The position numbers were made by a program, and so were the translations under genes. A DNA stretch of 64,000 nt, taken from contig CATNEN010000028.1 in assembly GCA_950097015.1 (NCBI GenBank), forward strand, positions 868,001 through 932,000, given 5' to 3'. Of the stretch, positions 1 to 12,942 are shown one piece after another. The notes under the pieces were generated by a model. The model saw nothing but the letters and a program-made list of their open reading frames with translations. It did no database searches and was not told the DNA's origin. The stretch comes from Macrostomum hystrix (Eukaryota; Animalia; Platyhelminthes). Positions within the stretch are counted from its first letter, which is position 1. Each line of letters begins with the position of its first letter.

Positions 1-231
1 AAAGTTAGTTACTTACAGTCGGTTGCACCGGATCAAAGTGGGCCACTTCCAGCCTCCTGATTCGAGTGCTACGCCCCAAAACGATGTCGCACTATTGTGC
101 TCAACGCCTGCTCAAATAGATGGTCCTCAACTCGAGTCACGCAGAGTCACGCAAGTATATAAGCTACGCGGTGTCTGTAAGGGAAGCAATTAGGTAGCGC
201 TGCTTCTCAAGAACACGTTTGTGAAGCAAGT

Positions 232-1036
232 TTAAGTAGGATAATGTGAGTAGGATAATGTGTGTAGAATAATGTGTGTAGAATAATGTGAGTAGGATAA
301 TGTGTGTAGGATAATGTGTGTAGAATAATGTGAGTAGGATAATGTGAGTAGGATAATGTGAGTAGGATAATGTGAGTAGGATAATGTGAGTAGGATAATG
401 TGAGTAGGATAATATGAGTAGGATAATGTGAGTAGGATAATGTGAGTAGGATAATGTGTGTAGAATAATGTGTGTAGAATAATGTGAGTAGGATAATGTG
501 AGTAGGATAATGTGAGTAGGATAATGTGTGTAGAATAATGTGAGTAGGATAATGTGAGTAGTATAATGTGAGTAGGATAATGTGAGTAGGATAATGTGTG
601 TAGGATAATGTGAGTAGAATAATGTGAGTAGGATAATGTGAGTAGGATAATGTGAGTAGGATAATGTGAGTAGGATAATGTGAGTAGGATAATGTGAGTA
701 GGATAATGTGTGTAGGATAATGTGAGTAGAATAATGTGAGTAGGATAATGTGAGTAGGATAATGTGAGTAGGATAATGTGTGTAGAATAATGTAAGTAGG
801 ATAATGTGAGTAGAATAATGTGTGTAGAATAATGTGTGTAGAATAATGTGTGTAGAATAATGTGTGTAGAATAATGTGTGTAGAATAATGTGTGTAGGAT
901 AATGTGAGTAGGATAATGTGTGTAGAATAATGTGTGTAGAGTAATGTGAGTAGGATAATGTGTGTAGAATAATGTGTGTAGAATAATGTGAGTAGGATAA
1001 TGTGAGTAGGATAATGTGAGTAGGATAATGTGTGTA
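232..1036. repeat. 14-bp minisatellite (GTAGGATAATGTGA)n
   Basis: Directly visible tandem array with G/A and A/T variants; explains the spurious 352-aa ORF 164..1222. Confidence 0.95.
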
Positions 1037-1363
1037 AGATACTTTAAATAGAGTTGTCAGTAGTTTCAACTGCTCATACGACCGTAGCTCAAAATGCACT
1101 GACCCACTCCGATCATCAGTGTGTTTTTTCGGTATCAGAAATCCAGTGCGCACTCTCGCACCAATAAATAATTGATGGTTAGAGCTAATCTGCATCGAAT
1201 TGACACTTTCTGATCCCAACATTTTTTACGATAGCGGATTTTCGCGATTATAGCACGGCATGGTTCCGTACGGCTCTGAATTGAAAAGGCTTATTGAAAT
1301 TGAATGAAAAAGTGGAATCGAGTTTTCATTAAAACTCAATTTTCTCAATTTTCTCAGTTTCAC

Positions 1364-3893
1364 ATGTTCTCGATCCTAAGGAGAGAGTTTGAGTCATTCT
1401 CAATCCTAAGGCGCGAGAGTTCTCAATCCTAAGAGAGAGTTTGAGCCGTTCTCAATCCTAAGAGAGAGTTTGAGCCGTTCTCAATCCTAAGAGAGAGTTT
1501 GAGCCGTTCTCAATCCTAAGAAAATAGTTTGAGTCATTCTCAATCCTAAGAAGAGAGTTTGAGTCATTCTCAATCCTAAGAGAGAGTTTGAGTCATTCTC
1601 AATCCTAAGAGAGAGTTTGAGCCGTTCTCAATCCTAAGAGAGAGTTTGAGTCATTCTCAATCCTAAGAGAGAGTTTGAGTCATTCTCAATCCTAAGAGAG
1701 AGTTTGAGTCATTCTCAATCCTAAGAGAGAGTTTGAGTCATTCTCAATCCTAAGAAGAGAGTTTGAGCCGTTCTCAATCCTAAGAAGAGAGTTTGAGCCG
1801 TTCTCAATCCTAAGAAGAGAGTTTGAGTCATTCTCAATCCTAAGAGAGAGTTTGAGTCATTCTCAATCCTAAGAAGAGAGTTTGAGCCGTTCTCAATCCT
1901 AAGAAGAGAGTTTGAGCTGTTCTCAATCCTAAGAGGGAGTTTGAGTCATTCTCAATCCTAAGGCGCGAGAGTTCTCAATCCTAAGAGAGAGTTTGAGCCG
2001 TTCTCAATCCTAAGAGAGAGTTTGAGCCGTTCTCAATCCTAAGAGAGAGTTTGAGTCATTCTCAATCCTAAGAAGAGAGTTTGAGCCGTTCTCAATCCTA
2101 AGAGAGAGTTTGAGTCATTCTCAATCCTAAGAAGAGAGTTTGAGCCGTTCTCAATCCTAAGAAGAGAGTTTGAGCTGTTCTCAATCCTAAGAGGGAGTTT
2201 GAGTCATTCTCAATCCTAAGGCGCGAGAGTTCTCAATCCTAAGAGAGAGTTTGAGCCGTTCTCAATCCTAAGAGAGAGTTTGAGCCGTTCTCAATCCTAA
2301 GAAAATAGTTTGAGTCATTCTCAATCCTAAGGCGCGAGAGTTCTCAATCCTAAGAGAGAGTTTGAGCCGTTCTCAATCCTAAGAAGAGAGTTTGAGTCAT
2401 TCTCAATCCTAAGAGAGAGTTTGAGCCGTTCTCAATCCTAAGAGAGAGTTTGAGCCGTTCTCAATCCTAAGAAGAGAGTTTGAGCCGTTCTCAATCCTAA
2501 GAAAATAGTTTGAGTCATTCTCAATCCTAAGGCGCGAGAGTTCTCAATCCTAAGAAGAGAGTTTGAGTCATTCTCAATCCTAAGAGAGAGTTTGAGCCGT
2601 TCTCAATCCTAAGAGGGAGTTTGAGCCGTTCTCAATCCTAAGAGGGAGTTTGAGCCGTTCTCAATCCTAAGAGGGAGTTTGAGCCGTTCTCAATCCTAAG
2701 AGGGAGTTTGAGCCGTTCTCAATCCTAAGAAGAGAGTTTGAGCCGTTCTCAATCCTAAGAAAATAGTTTGAGTCATTCTCAATCCTAAGGCGCGAGAGTT
2801 CTCAATCCTAAGAGAGAGTTTGAGCCGTTCTCAATCCTAAGAGAGAGTTTGAGCCGTTCTCAATCCTAAGAGAGAGTTTGAGCCGTTCTCAATCCTAAGA
2901 AGAGAGTTTGAGCCGTTCTTAATCCTAAGAGAGAGTTTGAGCCGTTCTCAATCCTAAGAAGAGAGTTTGAGCCGTTCTCAATCCTAAGAGAGAGTTTGAG
3001 CCGTTCTCAATCCTAAGAAGAGAGTTTGAGCCGTTCTCAATCCTAAGAAGAGAGTTTGAGCCGTTCTCAATCCTAAGAGAGAGTTTGAGCCGTTCTCAAT
3101 CCTAAGAGGGAGTTTGAGCCGTTCTCAATCCTAAGAGAGAGTTTGAGCCGTTCTTAATCCTAAGAGAGAGTTTGAGCCGTTCTTAATCCTAAGAGAGAGT
3201 TTGAGCCGTTCTCAATCCTAAGAAGAGAGTTTGAGCCGTTCTCAATCCTAAGAGAGAGTTTGAGCCGTTCTCAATCCTAAGAAGAGAGTTTGAGCCGTTC
3301 TCAATCCTAAGAAGAGAGTTTGAGCCGTTCTCAATCCTAAGAGAGAGTTTGAGCCGTTCTCAATCCTAAGAGGGAGTTTGAGCCGTTCTCAATCCTAAGA
3401 AGAGAGTTTGAGCCGTTCTCAATCCTAAGAGAGAGTTTGAGCCGTTCTCAATCCTAAGAAGAGAGTTTGAGCCGTTCTCAATCCTAAGAGAGAGTTTGAG
3501 CCGTTCTCAATCCTAAGAGAGAGTTTGAGCCGTTCTCAATCCTAAGAGAGAGTTTGAGCCGTTCTCAATCCTAAGAAGAGAGTTTGAGCCGTTCTCAATC
3601 CTAAGAGAGAGTTTGAGCCGTTCTCAATCCTAAGAGAGAGTTTGAGCCGTTCTCAATCCTAAGAGAGAGTTTGAGCCGTTCTCAATCCTAAGAGAGAGTT
3701 TGAGCCGTTCTCAATCCTAAGAGAGAGTTTGAGCCGTTCTCAATCCTAAGAAGAGAGTTTGAGCCGTTCTCAATCCTAAGAGAGAGTTTGAGCCGTTCTC
3801 AATCCTAAGAGAGAGTTTGAGCCGTTCTCAATCCTAAGAGAGAGTTTGAGCCGTTCTCAATCCTAAGAGAGAGTTTGAGCCGTTCTCAATCCT
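1364..3893. repeat. 29/30-bp satellite (TTCTCAATCCTAAGAGAGAGTTTGAGCCG)n, ~85 units
   Basis: Tandem array. Variant units (GTCA, GGCGCGAGAG deletion, AAAATAG) occur in the left half; the right half is homogeneous. Confidence 0.97.
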
Positions 3894-4215
3894 GTACTGT
3901 TGGCAAAAATCATCGAGAGATTAACAGATATCAGAACGAATAATCCCCTAAAGTCTCAACTTATCCCCAGAACTGTGGGATCAAGGCCTCTGATTGGCCA
4001 GCATCCCATTCGCTGGCGTATCTGGGCAGTCTCCAGGCACTCTTTGAGCAGCTTCGGATAGAGAATAAATCCGAGTTTGACGCCACCTGGACTGCGCGAC
4101 CACCAGCAAATTCAGTTCTGAATCAATTCAATCGAGAGACAACTTGGCCAAAGTCTGCCCACAGGCTCTGCGGGCGCAGCGCAGGTTCCAAGTTGGATCC
4201 CTGAACCATCATCCG

Positions 4216-7200
4216 ATGGAGCCTTCAGCCGTCCAGCAAGCGTCGAGGCCGCGGCCGCAGATGTCGAGGCCGACGGTGAGGCCCACTGTGCGAGCTCCAA
4301 TGCTCAGCCAGCGCTCCGCCAACATGACCATGACAATGACGTCATCGGCGGACGCTTCGAAGTCTCAGCGAAGACGTCACGCGCGTCGGCAAAGAAGAAA
4401 AAAGCGCATCAAGGAGACGGTGACCTGCTGCAAGCACTTTCTGGCATTATGTTCTCCAACCTGGGTCTTTCCAGCCTCATCATTCTCTACGTCATCCTTG
4501 GCGGGGCGCTGTTTCGCCGACTAGAAGAGGGCGCCGAGCTGCGGGTGAAAGCTGCGGCCAGGGATCATTTCGACAGTACGGTGAAAAACGTGAGCGGCCA
4601 GCTGAGAGAGGAGGCCCTTTGGCTGCTGCGCCGCTGCAACTCCACCGGGCAGGCGGCTGGTGGCGAGAAACTGGCGAATCTGTCGACTCACTCGACGGCT
4701 GCGGCTGACGCCGCAGTTCAAGAGTTCGAGAGGCGAGTTGCTGTACAGATGCGCGACTTCAGCAGGCAGCTCATCAAACGGCTGACGGACGACGGTTGGA
4801 ATGGCCGCTACGAGGACGCCGACATCAACTGGAGCTTCTCTGGGGCCCTGCTCTACGTGGTCACCGTGATCACCACCATAGGTGAGTAAGAGAGTAGACC
4901 AGTGGAGTTTAGGGCAGAGTGGTAGAGTTGAGAGTAGAGTGGTAGAGTTAAGAGTAGACCGGTAGAGTTAAGAGTAGACCGGTAGAGTTGAGACTAGACC
5001 GGTAGAGTTGAGAGTAAACCGGTAGAGTTGAGAGTAGACCGGTAGAGTTGAGAGTAGACCGGTAGAGTTAAGAGTAGACCGGTAGAGTTGAGAGTAAACC
5101 GGTAGAGTTGAGACTAGACCGGTAGAGTTGAGAGTAGACCGGTAGAGTTGAGAGTAGACCGGTAGAGTTGGGAGTAGACCGGTAGAGTTGAGAGTAGACC
5201 GATAGAGTTGAGAGTAGACCGGTAGAGTTGAGAGTAGACCGGTAGAGTTGAGAGTAGACCGGTAGAGTTGAGACTACGCTCGTAAGTTATAAGTTTAATT
5301 TGTCAACATCTTTCAGTAGAATGAGTAGGATGAAATTTTGTGAGCAGAAAATTTATGTCTATATTGGTGGTTTTCGTCACAGCACAACCCGACGAGAATC
5401 GTTGAATTAGTCGACGATGCCGATATTATGTGATCCTGGAAGTTGTTTCATCGGATAGAGTGGAAAATTTTAGCCTGTCCGTGTTCAGGATTTTCATGGC
5501 GAATTTTTGGAGACACGGAAGAAAATAATAATGTCGGTCTTCCTACAGTTTAAAATCGCTTATATTTTTAGGAAATAAAAAACTGCAACAAGAAGGGCAA
5601 GATGCAACTTCTAGGACTAAAAATATCTTTCGGAAAAGAAAAGTTAATTACCGAGGCAAGCTCTGTCAACAGAACTGGGAATAGAAAAACATGGCGTGAC
5701 CTGCCAAATATACACAAACCAGAGTTTCGACCATTCTCAGCCCTAAGGCGAGTCGTTCTCAACTCCAGGGTTTGAGTCATTTTTAACCCTAATGCTTGTG
5801 TCGTTCTCAATCCTGAAGAGAGAGTTTGAGTCAATCTCAATCCTAAGTCAGTAGAAAGTAATTAATATATTGACCACACAATGTGTCAGCAATTAAATTA
5901 GCTAGCCTCCATAGTTTTCATATTTTCAAATCACTAAAAGTACATTTCCCTCTCTGAGACAAACGTGTCTATCGGAGAACCATTTCTAGGACACCCGAGT
6001 GTCTGCTGCCAGGAATGTTTTAAATAAATGATAAAACGGCAGAGTGATTCTAGCTACGATTCCTTGAGTGATTCTAGCTACGATTCCTTGAGTGATTCTA
6101 GCTACGATTCCTTGAGTGATTCTAGCTACGATTCCTTGAGTGATTCTAGCTACGATTCCTTGAGTGATTCTAGCTACGATTCCTTGAGTGATTCTAGCTA
6201 CGATTCCTTGAGTGAGATTCTAGCTACGATTCCTTGAGTGATTCTAGCTACGATTCCTTGAGTGATTCTAGCTACGATTCCTTGAGTGATTCTAGCTACG
6301 ATTCCCTGAGTGATTCTAGCTACGATTCCTTGAGTGATTCTAGCTACGATTCCTTGAGTGATTCTAGCTACGATTCCTTGAGTGATTCTAGCTACGATTC
6401 CTTGAGTGATTCTAGCTACGATTCCTTGAGTGATTCTAGCTACGATTCCTTTATTGATTCTAGCTACGATTCCTTGAGTGATTCTAGCTACGATTCCTTG
6501 AGTGAGATTCTAGCTACGATTCCCTGAGTGATTCTAGCTACGATTCCTTGAGTGATTCTAGCTACGATTCCTTTATTGATTCTAGCTACGATTCCTTGAG
6601 TGATTCTAGCTACGATTCCTTGAGTGATTCTAGCTACGATTCCTTTATTGATTCTAGCTACGATTCCTTGAGTGATTCTAGCTACGATTCCTTGAGTGAT
6701 TCTAGCTACGATTCCTTGAGTGATTCTAGCTACGATTCCTTGAGTGATTCTAGCTACGATTCCTTGAGTGATTCTAGCTATGATTCCAGTCAAGCTAGCC
6801 AAAGAGTTCAGGAAAGAGTCAGGCATTCTAGAGATTCAGTCAGGTTAGCAGATAAGTAGAAAATAGTCTACTGAGCAATTCGCACTTGTTAGCTGGGTCC
6901 TTGACTCTTCTAGTTAATTTGTCCTGGCATTAAAGCCCCGGCCAGCATACCTTGGTCTCTCCCCCACCGTGTCATCAGGCTCCAAATCAGTTTTTCCTCC
7001 CAGTCAGGAGTGCCTGAGCCGCCTATGGGAGTGTCAACAATCGCATAGCAAATATTTGATTGCTGCATTGGGATCTATTTGTGGATTTCTCTGCGGCTCG
7101 CGGCCGCAAGTCGTCTTAGAGCACCTCTTCCTAAATGTCTTGGCTTTCGTCCCAGTGTCGCCTTGAGTTTTTTTATTTCTCTCGCGCGTGCCCACACGCG

Positions 7201-10200
7201 ATGACCCTGGGCTGCGGCATGCGCATCAATCACACCCCCAACCTCAGCTGGAACAGCTCAGGCCGGCCAGGAAACGGAGGAGAGAAAATTGAGGAAGAAA
7301 TACTCCCATTCACTCCTTTGTCCAGTCACTCAAATCCCCATTTCCTCGATTTAGAAGAATTCAGCGCAGATACTCGCGTACAGCTGCAAAGAAGAATTAG
7401 AGCTTGGGAGAAGTAGGGTTTAAGAAGCGGAGTGTGAGAAGTAGAGTGGGAGAAGTAGAGTGTGAGAAGTAGAGTGGGAGAAGTAGAGTGGGAGAAGTAG
7501 AGTGGCAGAAGTAGAGTGTGAGAAGTAGGGTGGGAGAAGTAGAGTGGGAGAAGTAGAGTGGCAGAAGTAGAGTGGGAGAAGTAGAGTGGCAGAAGTAGAG
7601 TGTGAGAAGTAGGGTGGGAGAAGTAGAGTGGGAGAAGTAGAGTGGCAGAAGTAGAGTGGGAGAAGTGGAGTGGGAGAAGTAGAGTGGGAGAAGTAGGATG
7701 AGAAAAGGGAAGTGAGAGAAATGGAGTGGGAGAAGTTAGAGAAAGAAATGGAATAAAAAGATTATATTGTGGACTCAGATGAGTTGTGTGTGAGATGACT
7801 CGTAAACCACAAATATGCAGATAAAGTTCAGTAGGCAGAAGAGTTACCGTTTAGAGTTAAAACGAGGCAGAGTTACTTCAGTTAAAAAAAATTGTTCTTT
7901 AACATCTTGAGGCAGACCCTTGAATGGTTCGAAATAAAATTGATTGACAGGCGGGTTCTACTTCCGCTGTAAAATCAGGAATGAGCCGATTTCGTTGAAA
8001 AAAACGAGAAACCAAGTCATATAACCCGATCTGCTGTGAGAATTCGCTTAGTTCAACGCTGAACAAGCTTTGTCATCGGCAGCTTCTGACCAGAGTTGCT
8101 CAGCTTTATTTGAGTCCGAATCCGACTGGGGTCTCGGTGAGTCTTGCTTGAGAAAAACGAGACTCGGCCGGCCAAGATCGAGGAAGGGGAAAAGAAAGTA
8201 ATTTCCCGCGAGCTTGTGTCGATCAGTCTTAAGAGAGGCCTATTCTGAGAAGCATGTGTTTCTGGGGGGGGAGGGCGGGCCTTGGCCTGGCTATTGGAGA
8301 TGGGGGATTGGGGGCGGAGACTGCGTTCCGTCAGTCTCAATCAAAATTGGCATTCGCCGTGTTTGGAACCAAGGATGTTGGGGGGCATTTCGGGTCTCTC
8401 TGTCTCTGCACTGCCATTGCTTTTCAAAGCATTCGTTTCTCCCCTGATGCTTGAGTTCCCCGCTTGCTAAGGATTAATGCTGTTTTAGCAGCAGCAGCAG
8501 CGTCAGCCGCAAAACCCTGTCATCCACTTTCATCCGGAGATCGAACGGAGATCGAATGGTGATGAAAAGAAAACAACCTACAGCTTTTTTTGTTTTAATC
8601 CTGCTGTTTATATAAAAACAGCAGCGCCCTAGATAATGCTTTTATACGCATGTGTTTTTACTCTTTCTAGGAAAACAATCTCACCTTTCTAGCATAGATG
8701 CTTTTTTGATAGGATGTTTTGAAATCTTTTTTCTAGGTCTTTATCTAGAGCGAGACAAATAGACCCTACCGTCTAGTTAGTTCAGTGCAACCTATCGACT
8801 CGTCTCAAAGTACAAAGTTTACTAACAAGTCTAGACCACCCGAACTCAGAAAAGCTGAAATAGAGCACCTGAACTGGACCACCTGAACTGGACCACCTGA
8901 ACTAGAGCACCTGAACTGGACCACCTGAACTAGAGCGCCTGAACTAGAGCGCCTGAACTAGAGCGCCTGAACTAGAGCGCCTGAACTAGAGCGCCTGAAC
9001 TAGACCACCTGAAGTAGACCACCTGAAGTAGACCACCTGAACTAGACCACCTGAAGTAGACCACTTGAACTAGACCACCTGAACTAGACCACCTGAACTA
9101 GACCACTTGAACTAGACCACTTGAACTAGACCACTTGAACTAGACCACCTGAACTAGACCATCTGAAGTAGACCACATGAACTAGACCACCTGAAGTAGA
9201 CCACTTGAACTAGACCACCTGAAGTAGACCACCTGAACTAGACCACCTGAACTAGATCACCTGAAGTAGAGTACCTGAATCAGAAAACGGGATTAGGATT
9301 AAATAAACTATGGAAGCTTGAAATTATACTATAGAGCATCGAGACGGAAGCATATCTCATCAATCTGACATCAGCCGTTTCTCATCAACCGTTTCTCGCA
9401 CCCGCAGGCTACGGTCAAGTTGTGCCCAAGACTGAAGGCGGCTACATGCTAACCATGCTTTACGCCTTCTTCGGCATTCCGTTCACCTTCTTGTACCTCA
9501 ACAACGTCGGCGACTACCTGGCCGATGCGTTCCGCCTGTTCTATCGCGACGCCTTCCGGCCGTTCTGGCGGCGCGTCTTCCGCAAGCGGACTCGCCAGCG
9601 CGCCCGCACCTTGGCCCTGGGGTGGCAGCGGGCTGTGGCGGCCAAGATCCCAATCTCATTATCCCACGTGCGGCTGCAACGCCTCACCGAACGACTTCAG
9701 GCTTGGACAGCGGAGAATCTCGGCGACAGCGACGACAGGCAGGACGACGAGACGACCGCGTTGGCAACGGCTGGGGCAGCCATGGCGCAGGATCAGCGAC
9801 CGTTGCTCGCCATGGCGGCGATGACGCCGATAGCCGCGCCTTCTCGAACGCGACCGCTGATTGAGTCGAACCCGCTGCACCTGGCCAGCTCGGCAGCCAC
9901 CATCCGAGTCGCCTACGTGATGGCCCGCGTCCTGCCGGCTCGCGAAACGTCTGGAGTCGCAGCTTCGACAACGTCGCCACTGTCTCCGACGCCGGGCGTT
10001 GCGCCGTTAGCCTTAGAGAATGGCGACTGCTTCGCAGCGGTCAACCTGCTGATGGATGAAGTGCAGACTCCTATCTCACAGAAAGCTATCATGGACTGGA
10101 CCAGTGACGAGCTGCAGCAGGTGCCGCTCATCGACTGGGAGGACATCGACGACGAGTTGGAGGATCGTCGAGCGATCGGCGGTGGAACAACTGCGCTGCT

Positions 10201-12942
10201 GACTGAGCTGCCCGCGAAGCTGGGCGCGTCAGCTGCGTTGGCTGCCGCCTGGGAATTCTCGGAGGCGACGGCGAGCGTTCGTCGGACAAGATCAGCGCCC
10301 GTTGCCATCTCGGAGGCTTGCGGTGACCTCTCAAAGGGACTTCGACGGAGACAACTGACGCTGCGCCGACGTCCGAGGAGTCGCCGCTGCCGCGGCCGCC
10401 GCCGCAGTCGCCAACAACGACGACAACTACGCCATCGTCGACTCCGCCGCCGCCTCTACCGAAGGAGCCGTCGAGGATGCCGCATCGGCCCTTCAGCCTG
10501 TCCATGTCAGCCGTTAGGCGCCAACCCGCTGTCATCGCCGCCGTGGCTCCAGGAGGCGACAGGTAGCAACCCGATGCTGCGTCGCTGCAGCTACGTCTCC
10601 GTGCACGAGCCGCCCACGCCGACCACGCCGACGATTGTTGAGGATGACGATGACAAGGACTCAATGCAGGGCCTGTCCCTGAGGCAGGTCACGGTGCCAT
10701 TGTCCCTCTCGGTCTCTGTGATGGTTTTGTACATCATTTTCGGGGCGCTGATCTTCACCATCTGGGAGGAGGACAAGAACTACATCAGGTGGTCCTATTT
10801 TTGCTTCATCACTTTGAGCACTATTGGATTCGGAGACATTGTGCCGGGTGAGTGATCTTCATGGGCTGTGAGCAATCACTACTAAATAGGTGTTGTTTTT
10901 CATGATACTAGAGCAAGATTCTCATGAGAGCATGATTCTCATGATTCTCATGAGTCTAGAAGATTCTCAAGAGACTAGGATGGGATTCTGATGAGACTAG
11001 AGCACGATTCTCATGAGACTATTAGAAGATTCTCATGAGACTAGGGCAAGATTATCATGAGACCCTCCCGCTGTCTACTGTCCTGTCTACCCTGCCTCCA
11101 GCTATCTGCAACTTCATCAAGCGGCACTAGAAGAGGATTCTCATGAGACTATTAGAATATTATCATGAGCCTAGAAGATGATTCTCATGAGACTAGGAAA
11201 GAATCTCCATGAGACTTAGGACAAGATTATTATGAACCTTTTCAGTCGTACTTTTATCTACTAGAAAGTATTTCCATTGAAGAAGTACTCGAACTTAGCT
11301 CTCTAAAGAAAGGACGTGTTTAGCTGCAAGCATCTATTGCCCTGCAGTGCTTACCTACAATTTATGCCAGGCAATTTAGCTAATCTATTCAGGCATAGCG
11401 GAGCAGGTGACTTGTTAAGATTTACGACACCTATTCCGCCTAGAAAGCAGTTCAAGGTTGGGCCGAAGCGAAACGGTTTAAAAAATGAAAAGCTTCGAGC
11501 CGGATGCAACCTAAAGAATTGTTACTATGCTTTTTGCATAGCTATCTCAGTGCCAAGGTGGCGGTGGGGTGGTTGGGAGGCCGAGGGCTGTGGGTGCCTG
11601 ACAACGCGGCAGTGATTTACTGCGGCGGCCTATTCCGGTTATTCGCTAATTTCTGGTCGCACGTTTCGCCGCACACATTAGGCCAATAATATCCCATGCC
11701 CTATACATCCATGGTGTATTAAGCTGGAGCTGGTGGACCAAAAACCACTAAATTTCTCTTCTCACTACTCGGCTGATCCCGCATATATCTGATTCTGCTC
11801 TCTCCCTATTTCCTCTGGCTCTATTCAGTGCAGCCCCCAGATACGTGCGATAGAATTCAATACTATTAAATTGGCTGAAAAGCCAAAGCAGTGATTAAAT
11901 ATAATTTCTAACAGCCAACGGTTTCATAATGCAATGAATTATTCATTATTAGTCCAAGGACAGAACAGATGTACACAAACTTTAGAACAAGGACCTCTGA
12001 ATACAAGCATTTTTATAGAAGCTGTAGATGCTATTTATAGAAGTCCTGGATCTGGCCTAACTGGGTTAGGCGCATCATTTCTATTTTTATCTCTATATAA
12101 ACTTTTGCGATTATTATCTATGAATATCGAGAGTTCTATTTTGATTGGCTGATAGCAGTCACGTGCCTAAATTTTGCGGTTGGTTAAGCACGGGGTTTCC
12201 CCGTAATAAGCTATACTAAAAATAGATCAAGCCTAAATCTTGTAGGGCTCCACTAGCCAATCAAATTCCAGAGAATGTCTCGCGGTGAACACAACTTAGA
12301 CAAGGACCACTAGGAGTAGGACGGAGAAAAACGTTTCTTAGAAAAAAATAGGTTGGTTTTCGCAAAAAATACACTACGAAGATAGAAATTTATAACATTG
12401 GATAGAGCAACAAGTGAGGCAAGTTATTTTAAAAGAACAGCTTTGTTTTTGCTTCCAATCAAAAGCTGTCAACATTCTTGAAAAAAGTGAAAATTTCTTA
12501 TCTCCGTAATGTATTTTTTCGAGAAAATCTGCCTTTAAATATTTTTCTTAGAAACATAGTTTCCCTCCTACTCCTAGTGGTCGTTGAACTTAGAAACAGA
12601 TTCTTGTTTGTCGCCAAATGAAAGCAGATTATAATCTCCCCTTCTCATCGCCAAGGCACAACTGTGGACAGCGAGAACCCCAAGGAGAAGCTCATCGCCA
12701 CGGTGTTCTACGTTGCCATCGGCCTATCAGTATTCGCCATGTGCTTCAAGCTGATGCAGGAGGAGGTCATACAGAAGGTGCGCCGCTTAGGTCGTCGCGT
12801 CGCAGTCATTCGGGATCGGCTCAGTGCGGGCGGCGGCGGAGGCGGCGGCGAAGGCGGCGAAGCAGGCGTCCCGGAGCAGCCCAGACCGATGCAGCGAGTC
12901 AACGGTTTCATAGAGAGGCTGCGCACTCGCCCGATGCTGTGA
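4216..12942 (+). CDS. Two-pore-domain (K2P/TWK-type) potassium channel, 3 coding exons, ~797 aa after correcting one frameshift
   Basis: Exons 4216-4881, 9408-10847, 12656-12942 with GT..AG sites. P1 TITTI-G|GY-G is split by a phase-1 intron (ATAG|gtgagt ... cgcag|GCTACGGT). P2 is FITLSTIGFGDIVPG|. M1 is MFSNLGLSSLIILYVILGGALF; M4 ends MCFKLMQEEV. A 1-nt frame break lies near 4447. Confidence 0.9.
4890..5277. repeat. 20-bp intronic minisatellite (GAGTTGAGAGTAGACCGGTA)n
   Basis: Begins a few nt after the K2P exon-1 donor. Confidence 0.93.
6042..6785. repeat. 24-bp intronic minisatellite (GAGTGATTCTAGCTACGATTCCTT)n
   Basis: Tandem array; gives the spurious SDSSYDSL ORFs. Confidence 0.95.
7400..7740. 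repeat. 15-bp purine-rich minisatellite (GAGAAGTAGAGTGGG)n
   Basis: Visible tandem array with degenerate edges. Confidence 0.9.
8862..9280. repeat. 14-bp minisatellite (GAACTAGACCACCT)n
   Basis: Tandem array ending ~130 nt before the K2P exon-2 acceptor. Confidence 0.93.
10900..11235. repeat. Degenerate repeat of GATTCTCATGAGACTAG-like units
   Basis: Recurrent GATTCTCATGAG motifs just after the K2P exon-2 donor. Confidence 0.7.

Noticed and set aside
164-1222. 352-aa ORF with HYSTHIILHTL repeats
   Set aside because: Translation of the 14-bp satellite; no splice or domain support.
1364-3893. CRISPR-like regular 29-30-bp repeats
   Set aside because: Units are head-to-tail with no unique spacers, no cas genes, and the context is eukaryotic. 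The same applies to all other arrays.
6028-6859. Ser/Asp-rich ORFs resembling phosphophoryn-type proteins
   Set aside because: A 24-bp intronic satellite open by chance; the frame breaks at unit indels and there is no signal peptide or flanking exon.
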